A stretch of 64,000 bases of DNA, taken from the NCBI GenBank assembly GCA_963778185.1, contig CAVZTF010000005.1:16227-80226 (forward strand), in the 5' to 3' direction. The number at the start of each line of letters is the position of its first letter. The first letter of the stretch is position 1. A model generated the notes under the pieces. It made no database searches and was not told the origin of the DNA. It saw only the letters and a program-made list of their open reading frames with translations. Both the position numbers and the translations under genes were made by a program. Source of the DNA: an uncultured Gammaproteobacteria bacterium (GTDB lineage: Bacteria > Pseudomonadota > Gammaproteobacteria > Steroidobacterales > Steroidobacteraceae). Positions 1-10,532 of the stretch are shown here, piece after piece.

Positions 1-368
1 AGGAACAGCACGGCGAAGGCCGCTCGCCGCGCCAATGCCCACCCGCCCGCGGCCCAGATCGTCGACGAGCACGAGCAGCGGCATGGCGAGCGTAGTCATC
101 GCCAGCACGCCGGCATTGAAGCCGACCAGCCACCCGATGCTGCCGACTGCAACCAGAACCCACCCGCCGACCGGGGGTGCCAAGCGCTTACCGAGGCCAA
201 CTGCGCACGGTCGCGCCAGACCAGCCACACGGTGACGGCCAGCACGATCCAGCCGTGCGTGTAGCGACGCCGGACCGTGTCCTCCCAGAGATCCGCTATT
301 TCGAGCGAAGTGGGCCAATACAGCAGGGCCGTGAGGGCTAGCTCGCCGAGATCATAGTAAAGGCGCAT
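1..368 (-). CDS. Exosortase (Xrt/EpsH family), N-terminal part. The gene runs off the left edge and its frame breaks at the G5 run 174-178.
   Basis: ORF 96..368 starts MRLYYDLGELALTALLYWPTSLEIADLW...RRRYTHGWIVLAVTVWLVWRDR, which fits the exosortase N-terminal signature (aromatic-S/T-H-G, hydrophobic helix, LWRxR). The hydrophobic continuation PPVGGWVLVAVGSIGWLVGFNAGVLAMTTLAMPLLVL is in another frame after the homopolymer. A PEP-CTERM substrate gene lies nearby. Confidence 0.6.
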
Positions 369-587
369 TGAAGCGCCGATCGCTCCTGCTCGACAGCGTC
401 CGTGCGATCGTTGAGCGCCCCGGGCCGATCATACGCCATTTGCCAGTCTATCCCGGCCGGAACCCGGAAACGCGCGTCGCGTCGCGGATTGCCGCGGCCC
501 TGGAGTCGACAGCGAGCCGGCCCCGGCTGGCGGGCGACGGTTCTTGACTACGGCCCCAGCAATCCGGACAATTCCGCGCCCTCCGGT

Positions 588-662
588 TCCGACATAGCTC
601 AGCGGTAGAGCAGCTGACTGTTAATCAGCGGGTCCCGGGTTCGAATCCAGGTGTCGGAGCCA
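588..662 (+). tRNA. tRNA-Asn (anticodon GTT)
   Basis: The cloverleaf folds by hand. Acceptor stem is 588-594/652-658, D stem 597-600/608-611, and anticodon stem 613-617/625-629 with loop CTGTTAA. The T loop is TTCGAAT, with discriminator G and an encoded CCA. There is one G:A mismatch in the T stem (637:649). Confidence 0.9.
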
Positions 663-696
663 ACTCTTCGTTGGGTGTTTTCGCGTGTCGGACCGG

Positions 697-1845
697 TTAC
701 GCGGCTATGGGCGCCGAAACGCTCGATTCGCGACTTAGCTGGCAGCCTTCCAGTTGCCAGGGTTTACCGAGTGTCGGTGACAGCTTCTCGGCCACGGGTC
801 CACTGGCTCGGCCAGCGCTCGTAGCGATCCGTTCCCTGTCGCGTACGTACTCCCGGCGGCCAACGGCGTTCTCGTCACATCCACACTGCCAGGGCACGGG
901 GATCGGCGAAGTAGACTCGGGGCAGCCGTTGCGACAGTGACCTGGCGTGCCGGTGAGTCCGAGCCGCGATCCCAAGTCGGCGATTTCCGGAGGGCCGAGG
1001 GAGCTTGCGAACTGCCTTGACCACGGCGTCGACCACTGCACGGTGAGCGCGTCCGGGAATCTTCGACCAAGATGACCAACCGCTGATCCGTAACCAGGTG
1101 GCGATCGTCGGTCCCACGCGAACCCTCCACGGATTGCCCTCCCAGTGTCCGGAACCGCTCGATCTTCCACCTTCGCCGGCCGCTGGCGGATGGGACGGCA
1201 TCCGCGATTCGCTCCCGACACGGCCATCGGTGGCATGACGGGGACGGCGGAGCCGTCGCTTGGAGCGAAGATGGCCGAGCAGCTCCTTTCTCAGGGCGCC
1301 GCGAGCTCGGACGAACATGCTGCGTTAGATCGTTTCGTGTGACACCCACATCTCCGGGTTGCCGGGGTGCTGGTCTTTGCCGAGCGATCTGCTGAGGCGA
1401 CAGTCTTGCTTCAGTTTAACCGCGACGATCCGCTGAAACGGCCGGTTCGGGGCGAGCAGGCAGGGCTGGGGGCGACGCGCTGATTCCCAGGCGGCCCAGT
1501 CGGCTTGTGCGGCGCGATAGCACGCCCTCTCCGCCATGCCGGGCCACTTCCTGTCTGACGATGGAAACGACGCGGGCGAGCCTACGGGCGATACTGCGGA
1601 ACGAGTTTCCCGCAGCGACGCCGCGCGAAATCTCTTCGCGCTCGCCGAAGCTCAGTACCCTTGGGGGAACGATTCCGTTGCGCGGGCGCGATACCGCCCG
1701 CGCCTTGCAGTACGCGGTAGAGGCTTCGGCGGCTGACCCAGCGCGCACGCGATCCGGAGCACCGCTCGCCAGCTTTATACCGGCGCCAGAGTTCGCGCTG
1801 CGGGGCCGTCACCGTCGGGTGGCGTCCGAGTCCCATGCCAAACAC
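697..1845 (-). mobile_element. IS30-family transposase remnant (pseudogene with several frame changes and degraded catalytic motifs)
   Basis: Pieces of one IS30-type transposase are spread over three minus-strand frames. They include the HTH LSFGEREEISRGVAAGNSFRSIARRL, then YRAAQADWAAWESARRP...VSHETI, GHWEGN, VYFADPR, and PWQCGCDENAVGRREY (a degenerate form of PWQRGSNENTNGLLRQY). It starts 35 bp from the tRNA-Asn 3' end. Confidence 0.75.
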
Positions 1846-1998
1846 TCCTAGGCCGGACTATCCTGGAGCGCTTCGCTGACCGCTTGGGACCGCCCAAGCA
1901 CGTCGCAAGCTCAGTGCCTTCCGGTCGCGTTGTCGAACCTGCCGCCACCGGCACCGTGCCGCCGCGCAAGCGTGGCTCGTTGGAGTCGTTGGCTCTCC

Positions 1999-2418
1999 TC
2001 AGAAGATACGTCTTCGAGGCGATGTTCGAGAGGTCGCTCTCCAGCGCCGTGCTGGTCGAATGCGGTGACCGCAAACAACCACGTGCCGGGTTCCAGGTTG
2101 GTGACCGTCCAGGTAATTGCCGACGGATTCCTGATCTCGATACTTGTCCGGCGCAAGCTCTGGTGTGACGTGCCGTAATAGATTCTGAAACCAGCCAGAT
2201 TGTCCAGCGGAGAACCGTCCTCTCGCATGGCAGGTGCAAACCAACTGACCTTGGCGCTACCTGCGGCTGGCGGACCAGGCGGCCACCCGAGCCGCCACCG
2301 GCGCATCGGGAGCCCCCCACCGTCGCCACACGCGCCCATCGCGATCACCAGCATCGGCCACAAGCACCGAGCTGCGGATGAACAGCGGACGTGGGCTCGT
2401 CCTTGACCGACGATCCAT
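1999..2418 (-). pseudogene. Small fibronectin-type-III-domain lipoprotein, disrupted by about 3 frame changes in 420 bp
   Basis: The ATG at 2416-2418 gives MDRRSRTSPRPLFIRSSVLVA. The lipobox MLVIAMGAC and the FN3-like body (GSAKVSWFAPAMREDGSPLDNLAGFRIYYGTS...EIRNPSAITWTVTNLEPGTWLFAVTAFD) are in a second frame. ESDLSNIASKT is in a third frame. The stop returns to the start frame. Confidence 0.5.
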
Positions 2419-2516
2419 GTTGGCGGCACCTGCAGGGCGGCGACGCCGATCTTAACTTAATCCGACAAGGCTGGAACGCGGTCGGCGATATGCCAAACGC
2501 TTGTGTCTGGAACCTG

Positions 2517-2556
2517 CACAAACACGAACCCCGGCGCGGAGGCCGGGGTTCTTTTC
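2517..2556 (-). terminator. Rho-independent terminator after the PEP-CTERM gene (potentially bidirectional)
   Basis: Perfect 10-bp stem GAACCCCGGC / GCCGGGGTTC (2526-2535 / 2542-2551) with a 6-nt loop. On the minus strand it is followed by GTGTTTGTG, and on the plus strand by TTTTCG. It lies about 20 nt past the stop codon. Confidence 0.65.
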
Positions 2557-2571
2557 GAAGGGAGCGCGTGA

Positions 2572-3214
2572 TTACGCCGTCTTGTGTCGCCGCCGCAGGC
2601 CAAGGCCGACCAACCCGAGACCAAACAGCGCAAGCGGGCCGGGTTCGGGGACGCTGCCGCCCGCGGCGCGGAATGCATGGTTGTCGCTTTCGAAGGCAAA
2701 TCCCCGACTCGTCAACGTGATGGAATCGAACCGGTCGCTCGCCGAAGTCGAAATTGATGTAGCGGTTCGAGCTGTAGCTGACCTGGTTGCCATTCGCGAA
2801 CTGACCGACGAGGTCGGTGCCCGTGTAGGTGGCAACCAGACTGCCGGCGAGATAGAAGCTGATGCTGTTGTAGTTGTCGATCGAGCCCCAGTACAGCCCG
2901 AAGTAATCGGCCTCGGTGCCGAGCGACAAGGTCGCCGAGCCGCTGGAAACGGGGTTCGGGACCGACAGATATCGCGTATTCGTGCCCGCCGGCTGGGCGT
3001 ACTGGCCACTCACCGAGCCCAGCACGACCTGGAAGTTACCCGTGCAGCTGGCATACCCACAGCTGCCGTCATTGAAATCCACCGTCGTGGCGCCGGCGAT
3101 CGACGTAGTGGTTACGCCCAAAGCGGACGTGGTGACCACGACGGCTTGGGCCGCAGAAGCGCTCAGACCGATCAAGCCAGCTGCAAGCAATTTGACAGAA
3201 TTCCGCACGTTCAC
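2572..3214 (-). CDS. PEP-CTERM-sorted secreted protein (one frame break near 2738)
   Basis: Signal peptide MNVRNSVKLLAAGLIGLSASAAQA. After the frame change the C-terminus reads ...FDSITLTSRGFAFESDNHAFRAAGGSVPEPGPLALFGLGLVGLGLRRRHKTA, which is the VPEP motif, a TM helix and a basic tail. Confidence 0.8.
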
Positions 3215-3265
3215 TCCAGGTTGCTTCGTCGATCACCGCCTCGAGCGGCGAGTCGCAGGCAAAGG

Positions 3266-3281
3266 AGCATGAATCATGCCA
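3266..3281 (-). promoter_or_regulatory. Candidate sigma-54 (-24/-12) promoter for the PEP-CTERM gene
   Basis: The minus strand reads TGGCATGATTCATGCT against the consensus TGGCACG-N4-TTGCW. GG and GC are at the correct spacing and 10 of 12 specified positions match. It lies about 50 nt upstream of the start codon. Confidence 0.5.
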
Positions 3282-3407
3282 GCCAGCGTGTGCCTTCTCG
3301 GATCAATGGCTTAGGGGAATCGTAGAGGCCGCTTCGAGAGGTTCCTTGCGCCCGCATGTAGGGAACCCCGACAGGCTTCAGCGACAATGCCCCGCCGTCG
3401 CCGCTCC

Positions 3408-4713
3408 TCAAGCGTTCACCGCCGCCTTCACGCCCCCGGTCAGCTCCCGCAACGCCTCCGCCACGATCCCCAACCCCTCCCGCACGATCGCATCCGACGC
3501 GGTCAGCGGCACGAGGAAGCGGATCACGTTGCCATGGAGCCCGCAGGACAGCAGCACGAGACCCTTCTCTGCCCGCGCGCTTCGTCAGCGCCTTGGTAAG
3601 GTCCGGGTCCGGCGCATGGGGATCGCCGTTCTTCACGAGCTCCATGGCGACCATGGCCCCGAGGTTGCGCACCTCGCCAATCGCCGGGATCTCCCGCTGC
3701 AGGTCGCGAAGCGACGCCACCATCATTTCGCCGATGCTCACCGCCCGCGCGCAGAGCTTCTCCTGCTCGATCACCTCCAGCACCGCCAGCGCCGCGGCGC
3801 AGGCGATCGGCGAGCCCGCATAGGTGCCGCCGAGGCCGCCCGGCCCCGGCGCATCCATGATGCTGGCCTTTCCCACGACCGCCGCCAGCGGAAACCCGCC
3901 CGCAAGGCTCTTGGCCATGGTCATGAGGTCGGGCTCGATGCCAGCGTGCTCGACCGCAAACATCTTCCCCGTGCGTGCGAAGCCAGTCTGGATCTCGTCC
4001 GCCACGAGCACGATGCCGTGCTGGTCGCAGAGCTTGCGCAGCGAGCGCAGGAACTCCGGCGGCGCGATGTAGAAGCCGCCCTCGCCCATCACCGGCTCGA
4101 TGATGATCGCCGCCACCCGCGCGGGCTCGATGTCGTACTTGAAAATGTGCTCGAGCGCGTCGAGGCTGTCCTGCACGCTCACGCCGTGATACGCGATCGG
4201 GAAAGGCGCGTGGTAGACCTCGGCCGGGAACGGGCCGAAGCCCGCCTTGTACGGCGCCACCTTGCCAGTGAGCGCCATGGCCATGAAGGTGCGGCCGTGG
4301 AAGCCGCCGCCGAAGGCGATGACGCCCGAGCGGCCGGTGTGGGCCCGCGCGATCTTGATGCAGTTTTCGACGGCCTCGGCGCCCGTCGTGACGAAGATCG
4401 CCTTCTTGGGCGTCGGGCCGGGTGCGAGCTTGTTGAGCTTCTCGGCCAGCTCCACCGCGACCGCGTACGGCGTGACCATCAGGCAGGTGTGGCTGAACGC
4501 GTCCAGCTGCGTCGCGACGGCCGCCTGCACCTTCGGGTGCAGGTGCCCGGTGTTGACGACCGCGATGCCGCTGCCGAAGTCGATGTAGCGGCGTCCCTCG
4601 ACGTCCCAGATCTCCGCGTTGCGCGCGCGCTCCACGTAGACGGGCAGCTGGTTGCCGAGGCCACGGGCGAAGGCCGCGTCGCGACGGGTCTGCAGGTCCT
4701 GGTTCCTGGCCAT
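3408..4713 (-). CDS. gabT: 4-aminobutyrate--2-oxoglutarate transaminase (class III aminotransferase); one frame break near 3575
   Basis: [62 protein letters not shown]...[17 protein letters not shown]. The C-terminus ([33 protein letters not shown]...) is in the adjacent frame. The length is 3n+1. Confidence 0.85.
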
Positions 4714-4738
4714 GTGCTTTGCTCCGGGCGGTGGCGGG

Positions 4739-5624
4739 TCAGGCGCCGTAGCGTTGCCGCGCGAATTCCCGCAGGTACTTGTCGAACTTGGGGCCCAGCC
4801 ACGAGTGCTTGAGCCCGAACTCGACGGTCGCCTCGAGGTAGCCGAGCTTGCGAGCCGCAATCGTAGCGCTTGCCCTCGAAGGCGTACGCGTAGATGGACT
4901 CCTCGCCCAGCAGCGCGGCGATGCCGTCGGTGAGCTGGATCTCGCCGCCGGCGCCGCGGCCGACGGTCTCGAGTTTCTGGAAGACGCCGGGCGTGAGCAG
5001 GTAGCGCCCCACCACGGCGAGGTTCGAGGGCGCCTCCGAAGGCTTCGGCTTCTCGACGATGCGCGTGATCCGCGAGACGCGCTCGGCCACCGGGGTCGTC
5101 GCCACGATGCCGTACTTGTCGGTCTGGTCCGGGGCCACGGTCTCGACGCCGATGACGCTCGCCTCATGCTGGTCGAAGACCCGCGCCATCTGCTTCAGGC
5201 AGGGTTCCTCGGCGTCGATGAGGTCGTCGGCGAGGTGGATGAAGAACGGCTCGTTGCCGACCGCCGGGCGCGCGCAGAGCACCGCATGCCCGAGCCCGAG
5301 CGGCGCGGGCTGGCGGATGTAGATGCAGCTAGCGTACGAGGGCACGATGCCGCGCACGGTCGCGAGCAGTTCCTTCTTGCCCTGCGCCTCGAGTTCCTCC
5401 TCGAGCTCGTGGTCGGCGTCGAAATGGTCCTCGATGGCGCGCTTCGACGAGCCGGTGACGAAGACGAGCTTGTCGGCGCCCGCCGCCAGGGCCTCCTCGG
5501 CCGCGTACTGGATGAGGGGCTTGTCGACGATCGGCAGCATCTCCTTGGGGCTCGCCTTCGTCGCCGGCAGGAAGCGGGTGCCGCGGCCGGCGACTGGAAA
5601 TACGGCCGTCCGGATGCGTGTCAT
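4739..5624 (-). CDS. galU: UTP--glucose-1-phosphate uridylyltransferase; one frame break near 4851
   Basis: [40 protein letters not shown]...[10 protein letters not shown], then [15 protein letters not shown]... in the adjacent frame. Confidence 0.9.
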
Positions 5625-5711
5625 TCAGGATCCCTGCTGATTGCCGTGGAAACCGGCGAATCATAGCGGATCGCGGGCCGGGCAGCCGCCAGCCGCCCGG
5701 CCCGGCTTCAC

Positions 5712-6023
5712 TCAGCGCTTGGCGGGGGCCTTCTGCGTGGCCCCGGCCGGCGCCGCCTTGTCGAGGCGGATGTTGCCGCGGTTCTGCTCGAGCACCCGCT
5801 GGCCGATGCCCTCGACCTTGAGCAGGTCCTCGGCGGTGCGGAACGGGCCGTTCTTCTGGCGGTACTCGACGATGGCCTGCGCCTTGGCGGGCCCGATGCC
5901 GTCGAGTTCCCGGGCGATGGCGGACGCGTCCGCGCTGTTGACGTTGACGGGCCCGGCCCACGACACGGCGGGCACGAGGCCCGCGATCAGCGCCTGGACC
6001 AGGACACGAGACTCCCTCTTCAT
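5712..6023 (-). CDS. comEA: ComEA-family helix-hairpin-helix DNA-binding protein
   Basis: Signal-like N-terminus followed by VNVNSADASAIARELDGIGPAKAQAIVEYRQKNGPFRTAEDLLKVEGIGQRVLEQNR. Confidence 0.8.
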   Translation of the reverse strand: MKRESRVLVQALIAGLVPAVSWAGPVNVNSADASAIARELDGIGPAKAQAIVEYRQKNGPFRTAEDLLKVEGIGQRVLEQNRGNIRLDKAAPAGATQKAPAKR

Positions 6024-6139
6024 GGCTGCCTCCTTGGCATGCGGCTGCCGCGGCCCGATGCGGGTGCGGTCGGGCACACGCTAGCCGAGGCCCGGGCACG
6101 CCGCCGGCGCGAACCTGCCGGGTTCGTGCAGATTCGCGC

Positions 6140-7339
6140 TCAGTCGGGCGAGGAGCGCGGCCGCGCCGCGCGGGGCAGGAACTCGAGCGCCGCGATCGCG
6201 CGCAGCGTGTCCCAGGACCGGCAGCCGGGGCACTGCCAGAGGAAGGTCGAGCTGTCGAGGCCGCACTCGCTGCAGCGATAGCGCGCGTGGCGCAGCACCA
6301 CGTTGCGCAGGGCACCGGCGACCGACCGCAGCTGGTCCTCGTTCGGCTCGGTGCCCACCGGCATCAGCGCGCCGGTGAGGTCGCGCAGGTCGTGGTCGGT
6401 CACCAGCAGCTCGCGCACGCACCCGAGGATGACGGGGTGGTCGTAGTAGCCGCTGACGATGGCCGCGTAGGCGAGCTCGGAACGGTTGCCGACGCCGTTC
6501 TCGAGCAGCTCGACGAGCGCCTCGTCGAACGCGCCGGTGTTGCCCGCCTGCTGCGCTGCATCGGCGAGACGCGACAGGACGACGGGCAGCAGGTGCAGGT
6601 CGCGCCGCACGACGCGACGGTAGAGCTGCAGCGCGAGCTGCGGGTCGCCCTGCATGCGCGCCACGTCGCCGCGCAGGATCGCGCCGCGCTCGAAGTCGGG
6701 CTGCTCGCGTCGGGCGCTGCGCAGGTGCTCCCGTGCGAGGTCGAGGTTGCGCTCGGCGACCGCCGCCTCCGCCATCTCGCAATAGTAGTGGGCGATGGCG
6801 AACGGCTGCTGCGGCACGCCCACGACGCGCAGTCGCTCGTGCATCGCGATCGCCTGCGGCCAGTCGTGCTGCAGCTCGGCGATGCGCACCAGGTGCGCGA
6901 GCGCCACGGCCGGCTCGCGGCCGTTCTCCGCGAGCTGCAGGAACAGCTTCTCGGCGTGGTCGTAGAGCCCCGCGCGGAAATAGTCGCGCGCGAGCTCGGT
7001 CTGCGCGGCGTCGCGGTGGCGGGGATCGAGGCCCGCGCGCTCGACGATGTGCTGGTGCACGCGGATGGCGCGATCGACCTCGCCGCGGCGGCGGTAGAGG
7101 CTGCCGAGCGCGAAGTGGGTGTCGACGGTCTCGTCGTCGAGCTCGGCGAGGCCGAGGAAGACCGCGAGCGCACGGTCGGGCTTGTCGTCGAGCAGGAAGC
7201 GCAGGCCCTCGAGGTAGCGCTCGCGGCGGCGCTTGCGCCGGCGCCTGCGGTGCTCGTTGTAGAGGACGGTGGCGGCCCAGCCGGCGGCCAGCGTGCCCGC
7301 CAGGGTGAGCCAGAACGTGCCGGCTGCGTCAGCCAGCAT
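6140..7339 (-). CDS. lapB: Lipopolysaccharide assembly protein B (TPR plus rubredoxin-type zinc finger)
   Basis: N-terminal TM helix, TPR repeats, and a C-terminal YRCSECGLDSSTFLWQCPGCRSWDT motif. It follows lapA with an 11-nt overlap. Confidence 0.9.
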   Translation of the reverse strand: MLADAAGTFWLTLAGTLAAGWAATVLYNEHRRRRRKRRRERYLEGLRFLLDDKPDRALAVFLGLAELDDETVDTHFALGSLYRRRGEVDRAIRVHQHIVERAGLDPRHRDAAQTELARDYFRAGLYDHAEKLFLQLAENGREPAVALAHLVRIAELQHDWPQAIAMHERLRVVGVPQQPFAIAHYYCEMAEAAVAERNLDLAREHLRSARREQPDFERGAILRGDVARMQGDPQLALQLYRRVVRRDLHLLPVVLSRLADAAQQAGNTGAFDEALVELLENGVGNRSELAYAAIVSGYYDHPVILGCVRELLVTDHDLRDLTGALMPVGTEPNEDQLRSVAGALRNVVLRHARYRCSECGLDSSTFLWQCPGCRSWDTLRAIAALEFLPRAARPRSSPD

Positions 7340-7628
7340 CGGTGGGCGCGTCGCCCGGGCCCAGCCGGCGTTCCTCGGCGCGGCGCAGCGCGTGGCGCAG
7401 CCGGCCGCGTTCGGCGAGCAGGCGCGCGATCCAGCTCGAGCGCCACAGGGCGCCGCCGAGCACGCCCGCGGCGAAGGCGATGGTGAGCGCGAGGCCGGAG
7501 GAGACTTCGAATTCCACGAAGGCCACGTCGACGTCGAAGTGCTGCCGGTTCAACGCCGTGAAGATCACGGCCAGCGTGAACAGCAGGACGACGGTCAACC
7601 CGAGGGCAAAGCGCCGGAGCACGATCAC
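7329..7628 (-). CDS. lapA: Lipopolysaccharide assembly protein A (small inner-membrane protein)
   Basis: 99 aa with two TM helices and a basic tail. The GTG start overlaps the ihfB stop (GTGA). It sits in the conserved ihfB-lapA-lapB position. Confidence 0.8.
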   Translation of the reverse strand: MIVLRRFALGLTVVLLFTLAVIFTALNRQHFDVDVAFVEFEVSSGLALTIAFAAGVLGGALWRSSWIARLLAERGRLRHALRRAEERRLGPGDAPTDAG

Positions 7629-7936
7629 TCCGCGGCGGCGGCCTGGTCGTCGGTCTCGGGCTCGTTGACCCGCTCGCGCAGGTCCTTGCCGGGCTTGAAA
7701 TGGGGAACGTACTTGCCGGCCAGCGCGACCGTTTCGCCGGTCTTGGGATTGCGGCCCTGGCGCGGGGGACGGAAATGCAGGCTGAAGCTGCCGAAGCCGC
7801 GGATCTCGATGCGCTGCCCCTGGGCCAGGGCGTCGCTCATGATCTCGAGCACCTGCTTCACGGCCAGCTCGACGTCCTTGGCGGGCAAATGGCTCTGCTT
7901 AGCCGCGATGAGCTCGATGAGCTCAGACTTGGTCAT
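7625..7936 (-). CDS. ihfB: Integration host factor subunit beta
   Basis: [70 protein letters not shown]. Confidence 0.95.
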   Translation of the reverse strand: MTKSELIELIAAKQSHLPAKDVELAVKQVLEIMSDALAQGQRIEIRGFGSFSLHFRPPRQGRNPKTGETVALAGKYVPHFKPGKDLRERVNEPETDDQAAAAE

Positions 7937-8046
7937 GCTGCGCTCGCCGTCCACTCTGACACTCCCCGCGGTCTGGTCGGATACGCTCGCACCGCGTTCG
8001 CCCGGGGCGGGAGCTTAACCCCACCCCGGACGCCGCGATTTAATTA

Positions 8047-9714
8047 CTACTGACCGGAGATCTGCTCCTTGAGCAGGTCGCCGAGGCTCGTGCCGGTCGT
8101 GCTATCGGAACGGTAGGCCTGCATGGCCTCCTGTTCCTCGGCCATGTCCTTCGCCTTGATCGACAGCGCGATGGTGCGGACCTTGCGGTCCACGGCCGTG
8201 AACTTGGCCTCCACCTCGTCGCCGACCTTGAGGAGCGCGCGCGCGTCCTCGACGCGGTCCCGCGTGAGCTCGGAGGCGCGCAGGTAGCCGTCGATGCCGC
8301 CGCCGAGGTCGACGACCGCGCCCTTGGCATCCACCTCGCGGACGATGCCCTTGACGATGCTGCCCTTCGGGTGCTCGGCGATCCAGGTCGAGAACGGGTC
8401 CTTGGCGAGCTGCTTGACGCTGAGCGAGATGCGCTCGCGCTCCGGATCGATCGCGACCACGATGGCCTCGACCGTCTGGCTCTTCTGGTACCCGCGCACG
8501 GCCTCCTCGCCCGGGATGTCCCAGGAGAGGTCGGAGAGGTGCACGAGGCCGTCGATGCCGCCCGGCAGCCCGATGAACAGGCCGAAGTCGGTGATCGAGC
8601 GGATCTGGCCGGTGACGTGGTCGCCGCGGTTGTAGTTGTCCGCGAACTCGCGCCACGGGTTGGGCTTGCACTGCTTGATGCCGAGGGAGATGCGGCGGCG
8701 CTCCTCGTCGATGTCGAGGACCATGACCTCGACCTCCTCGCCGATGTGCACCACCTTGGACGGATTGACGTTCTTGTTCGTCCAGTCCATCTCGGAGACG
8801 TGCACCAGGCCCTCGACGCCTTCCTCGATCTCCACGAAGCAGCCGTAGTCGGCGATGTTCGTGACCTTGCCGAAGAGGCGCGTGCCCGCCGGGTAGCGGC
8901 GGCCGATGTTCTGCCACGGGTCGGCGCCGAGCTGCTTGAGCCCCAGGCTCACGCGCTGCCGCTCGCGGTCGAACTTGAGGATGCGCACCTCGATCTCGTC
9001 GCCGACGTTGACGACTTCCGAGGGGTGCTTGACGCGCTTCCACGCCATGTCGGTGATGTGCAGCAGGCCGTCGATGCCGCCGAGGTCGACGAACGCACCG
9101 TAGTCGGTGAGGTTCTTGACCACGCCGCGGATGACCGAGCCTTCCGTCAACTTGTCGAGCAGCTCGCTGCGCTCGGCGCTGTATTCGGACTCGACGACGG
9201 CGCGGCGCGAGACCACGACGTTGTTGCGCTTCTGGTCGAGCTTGATGACCTTGAACTCGAGCGTCTTGCCCTCGAGGTAGCCCGGGTCGCGCACCGGGCG
9301 CACGTCCACGAGCGAGCCGGGCAGGAACGCCCGCACGAAATCGATCTCGACCGTGAAGCCGCCCTTGACGCGGCCGTTGATGAGGCCGGTGACGACCTCG
9401 CCCTTCTCGAACGCCGTCTCGAGGCGCTCCCAGGTGCGGGCGCGCTTTGCCTTCTCGCGGGAGAGGCGCGTTTCGCCGGAGCCGTCCTCGACGCTGTCGA
9501 GCGCGACCTCGACGTCGTCGCCGACGCTCACCTCGATCTCACCGCGTTCGTTCTTGAACTGCTGGATGTCGATGATGGCCTCGGACTTGAGGCCGGCGCT
9601 CACCACGACCTTGTCGGGACCGATTTCGATCACGCGGCCGGTGAGGATCTGGCCCGGGCGAATCCGCTGACTCGCGAGGCTCTCTTCGAACATTTGGGCA
9701 AAGCTTTCGGTCAT
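8047..9714 (-). CDS. rpsA: 30S ribosomal protein S1
   Basis: 555 aa with six S1 domains. Starts [31 protein letters not shown]... Confidence 0.97.
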   Translation of the reverse strand: MTESFAQMFEESLASQRIRPGQILTGRVIEIGPDKVVVSAGLKSEAIIDIQQFKNERGEIEVSVGDDVEVALDSVEDGSGETRLSREKAKRARTWERLETAFEKGEVVTGLINGRVKGGFTVEIDFVRAFLPGSLVDVRPVRDPGYLEGKTLEFKVIKLDQKRNNVVVSRRAVVESEYSAERSELLDKLTEGSVIRGVVKNLTDYGAFVDLGGIDGLLHITDMAWKRVKHPSEVVNVGDEIEVRILKFDRERQRVSLGLKQLGADPWQNIGRRYPAGTRLFGKVTNIADYGCFVEIEEGVEGLVHVSEMDWTNKNVNPSKVVHIGEEVEVMVLDIDEERRRISLGIKQCKPNPWREFADNYNRGDHVTGQIRSITDFGLFIGLPGGIDGLVHLSDLSWDIPGEEAVRGYQKSQTVEAIVVAIDPERERISLSVKQLAKDPFSTWIAEHPKGSIVKGIVREVDAKGAVVDLGGGIDGYLRASELTRDRVEDARALLKVGDEVEAKFTAVDRKVRTIALSIKAKDMAEEQEAMQAYRSDSTTGTSLGDLLKEQISGQ

Positions 9715-9812
9715 TACCTTGGTTTCCAGGGGCTGCTGCAGCCCGTTGCTCCCGCCAGCTTCCTGCCTGCGAGGGTTGATAAAAATGCGCGCGGCTTCCT
9801 TACCGTGCGCCT

Positions 9813-10532
9813 CTAGGAATGGATCGAGGGGAACTGGACTGCGGCGAGTGCGAGAATCCGGTCGACCACCGCCTCGACGGTCATGCCCGTCGAATCGATG
9901 ACGACTGCGTCCGACGCCGGGCGCAAGGGCGCCACCGGCCGGCTGGAATCGCGCTGATCCCGCTCCAGGATCTCCTGCGAAAGGCCGGCGAGATTAGCAG
10001 GAAGACCCTTTTCCTTCAACTGCTTATAACGCCTGAGCGCGCGCTCCTCGGCGCTCGCGGTGAGGAAGACCTTGGCCCCGGCCTCCGGGAAAACCACCGT
10101 CCCCATGTCCCGGCCGTCCGCGACCAGGCCCGGCGGCGTGGCAAAGGCGCGCTGGCGCTCGAGCAGGGCTTCCCGCACGGTGGGCATGACGGCGACCCGG
10201 GAGGCGGCGTTGCCGGTCGTTTCGGCGCGCAGGTCGCGGGTGATGTCGCGGTCCTCGAGCAGCACCCGTTCGGCGCCCTCCTCGTCCACCTCGAACCGGA
10301 CGTCGAGCCTCGCCGCCAGCGCCGCGTGCCCGGTCTCGTCGTCCGGGGCGAACTCCCGGAGGATGCCCGCGAGTGCCACCAGCCGGTACAGCGCGCCGCT
10401 GTCGAGCAGGTGCCAGCCCAGGCGCCTGGCCAGGATGCGCGAAACCGTGCCCTTGCCCGAGCCGCTCGGCCCGTCGACGGCAATGACGGGGACACCGCCC
10501 TTTTCAGCCTTGACCCGGCGCGGCTTCCTCAC
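9813..10532 (-). CDS. cmk: Cytidylate kinase
   Basis: [35 protein letters not shown]... The GTG start overlaps the aroA stop (GTGA). Confidence 0.9.
   Translation of the reverse strand: MRKPRRVKAEKGGVPVIAVDGPSGSGKGTVSRILARRLGWHLLDSGALYRLVALAGILREFAPDDETGHAALAARLDVRFEVDEEGAERVLLEDRDITRDLRAETTGNAASRVAVMPTVREALLERQRAFATPPGLVADGRDMGTVVFPEAGAKVFLTASAEERALRRYKQLKEKGLPANLAGLSQEILERDQRDSSRPVAPLRPASDAVVIDSTGMTVEAVVDRILALAAVQFPSIHS

Noticed and set aside
8002-8029. GC-rich hairpin (CCGGGGCGGG / CCCACCCCGG) between rpsA and ihfB as a terminator.
   Set aside because: The stem contains a mismatch/wobble and no U-tract follows on the coding strand. At best it is an attenuating structure, which is not enough to call a terminator.
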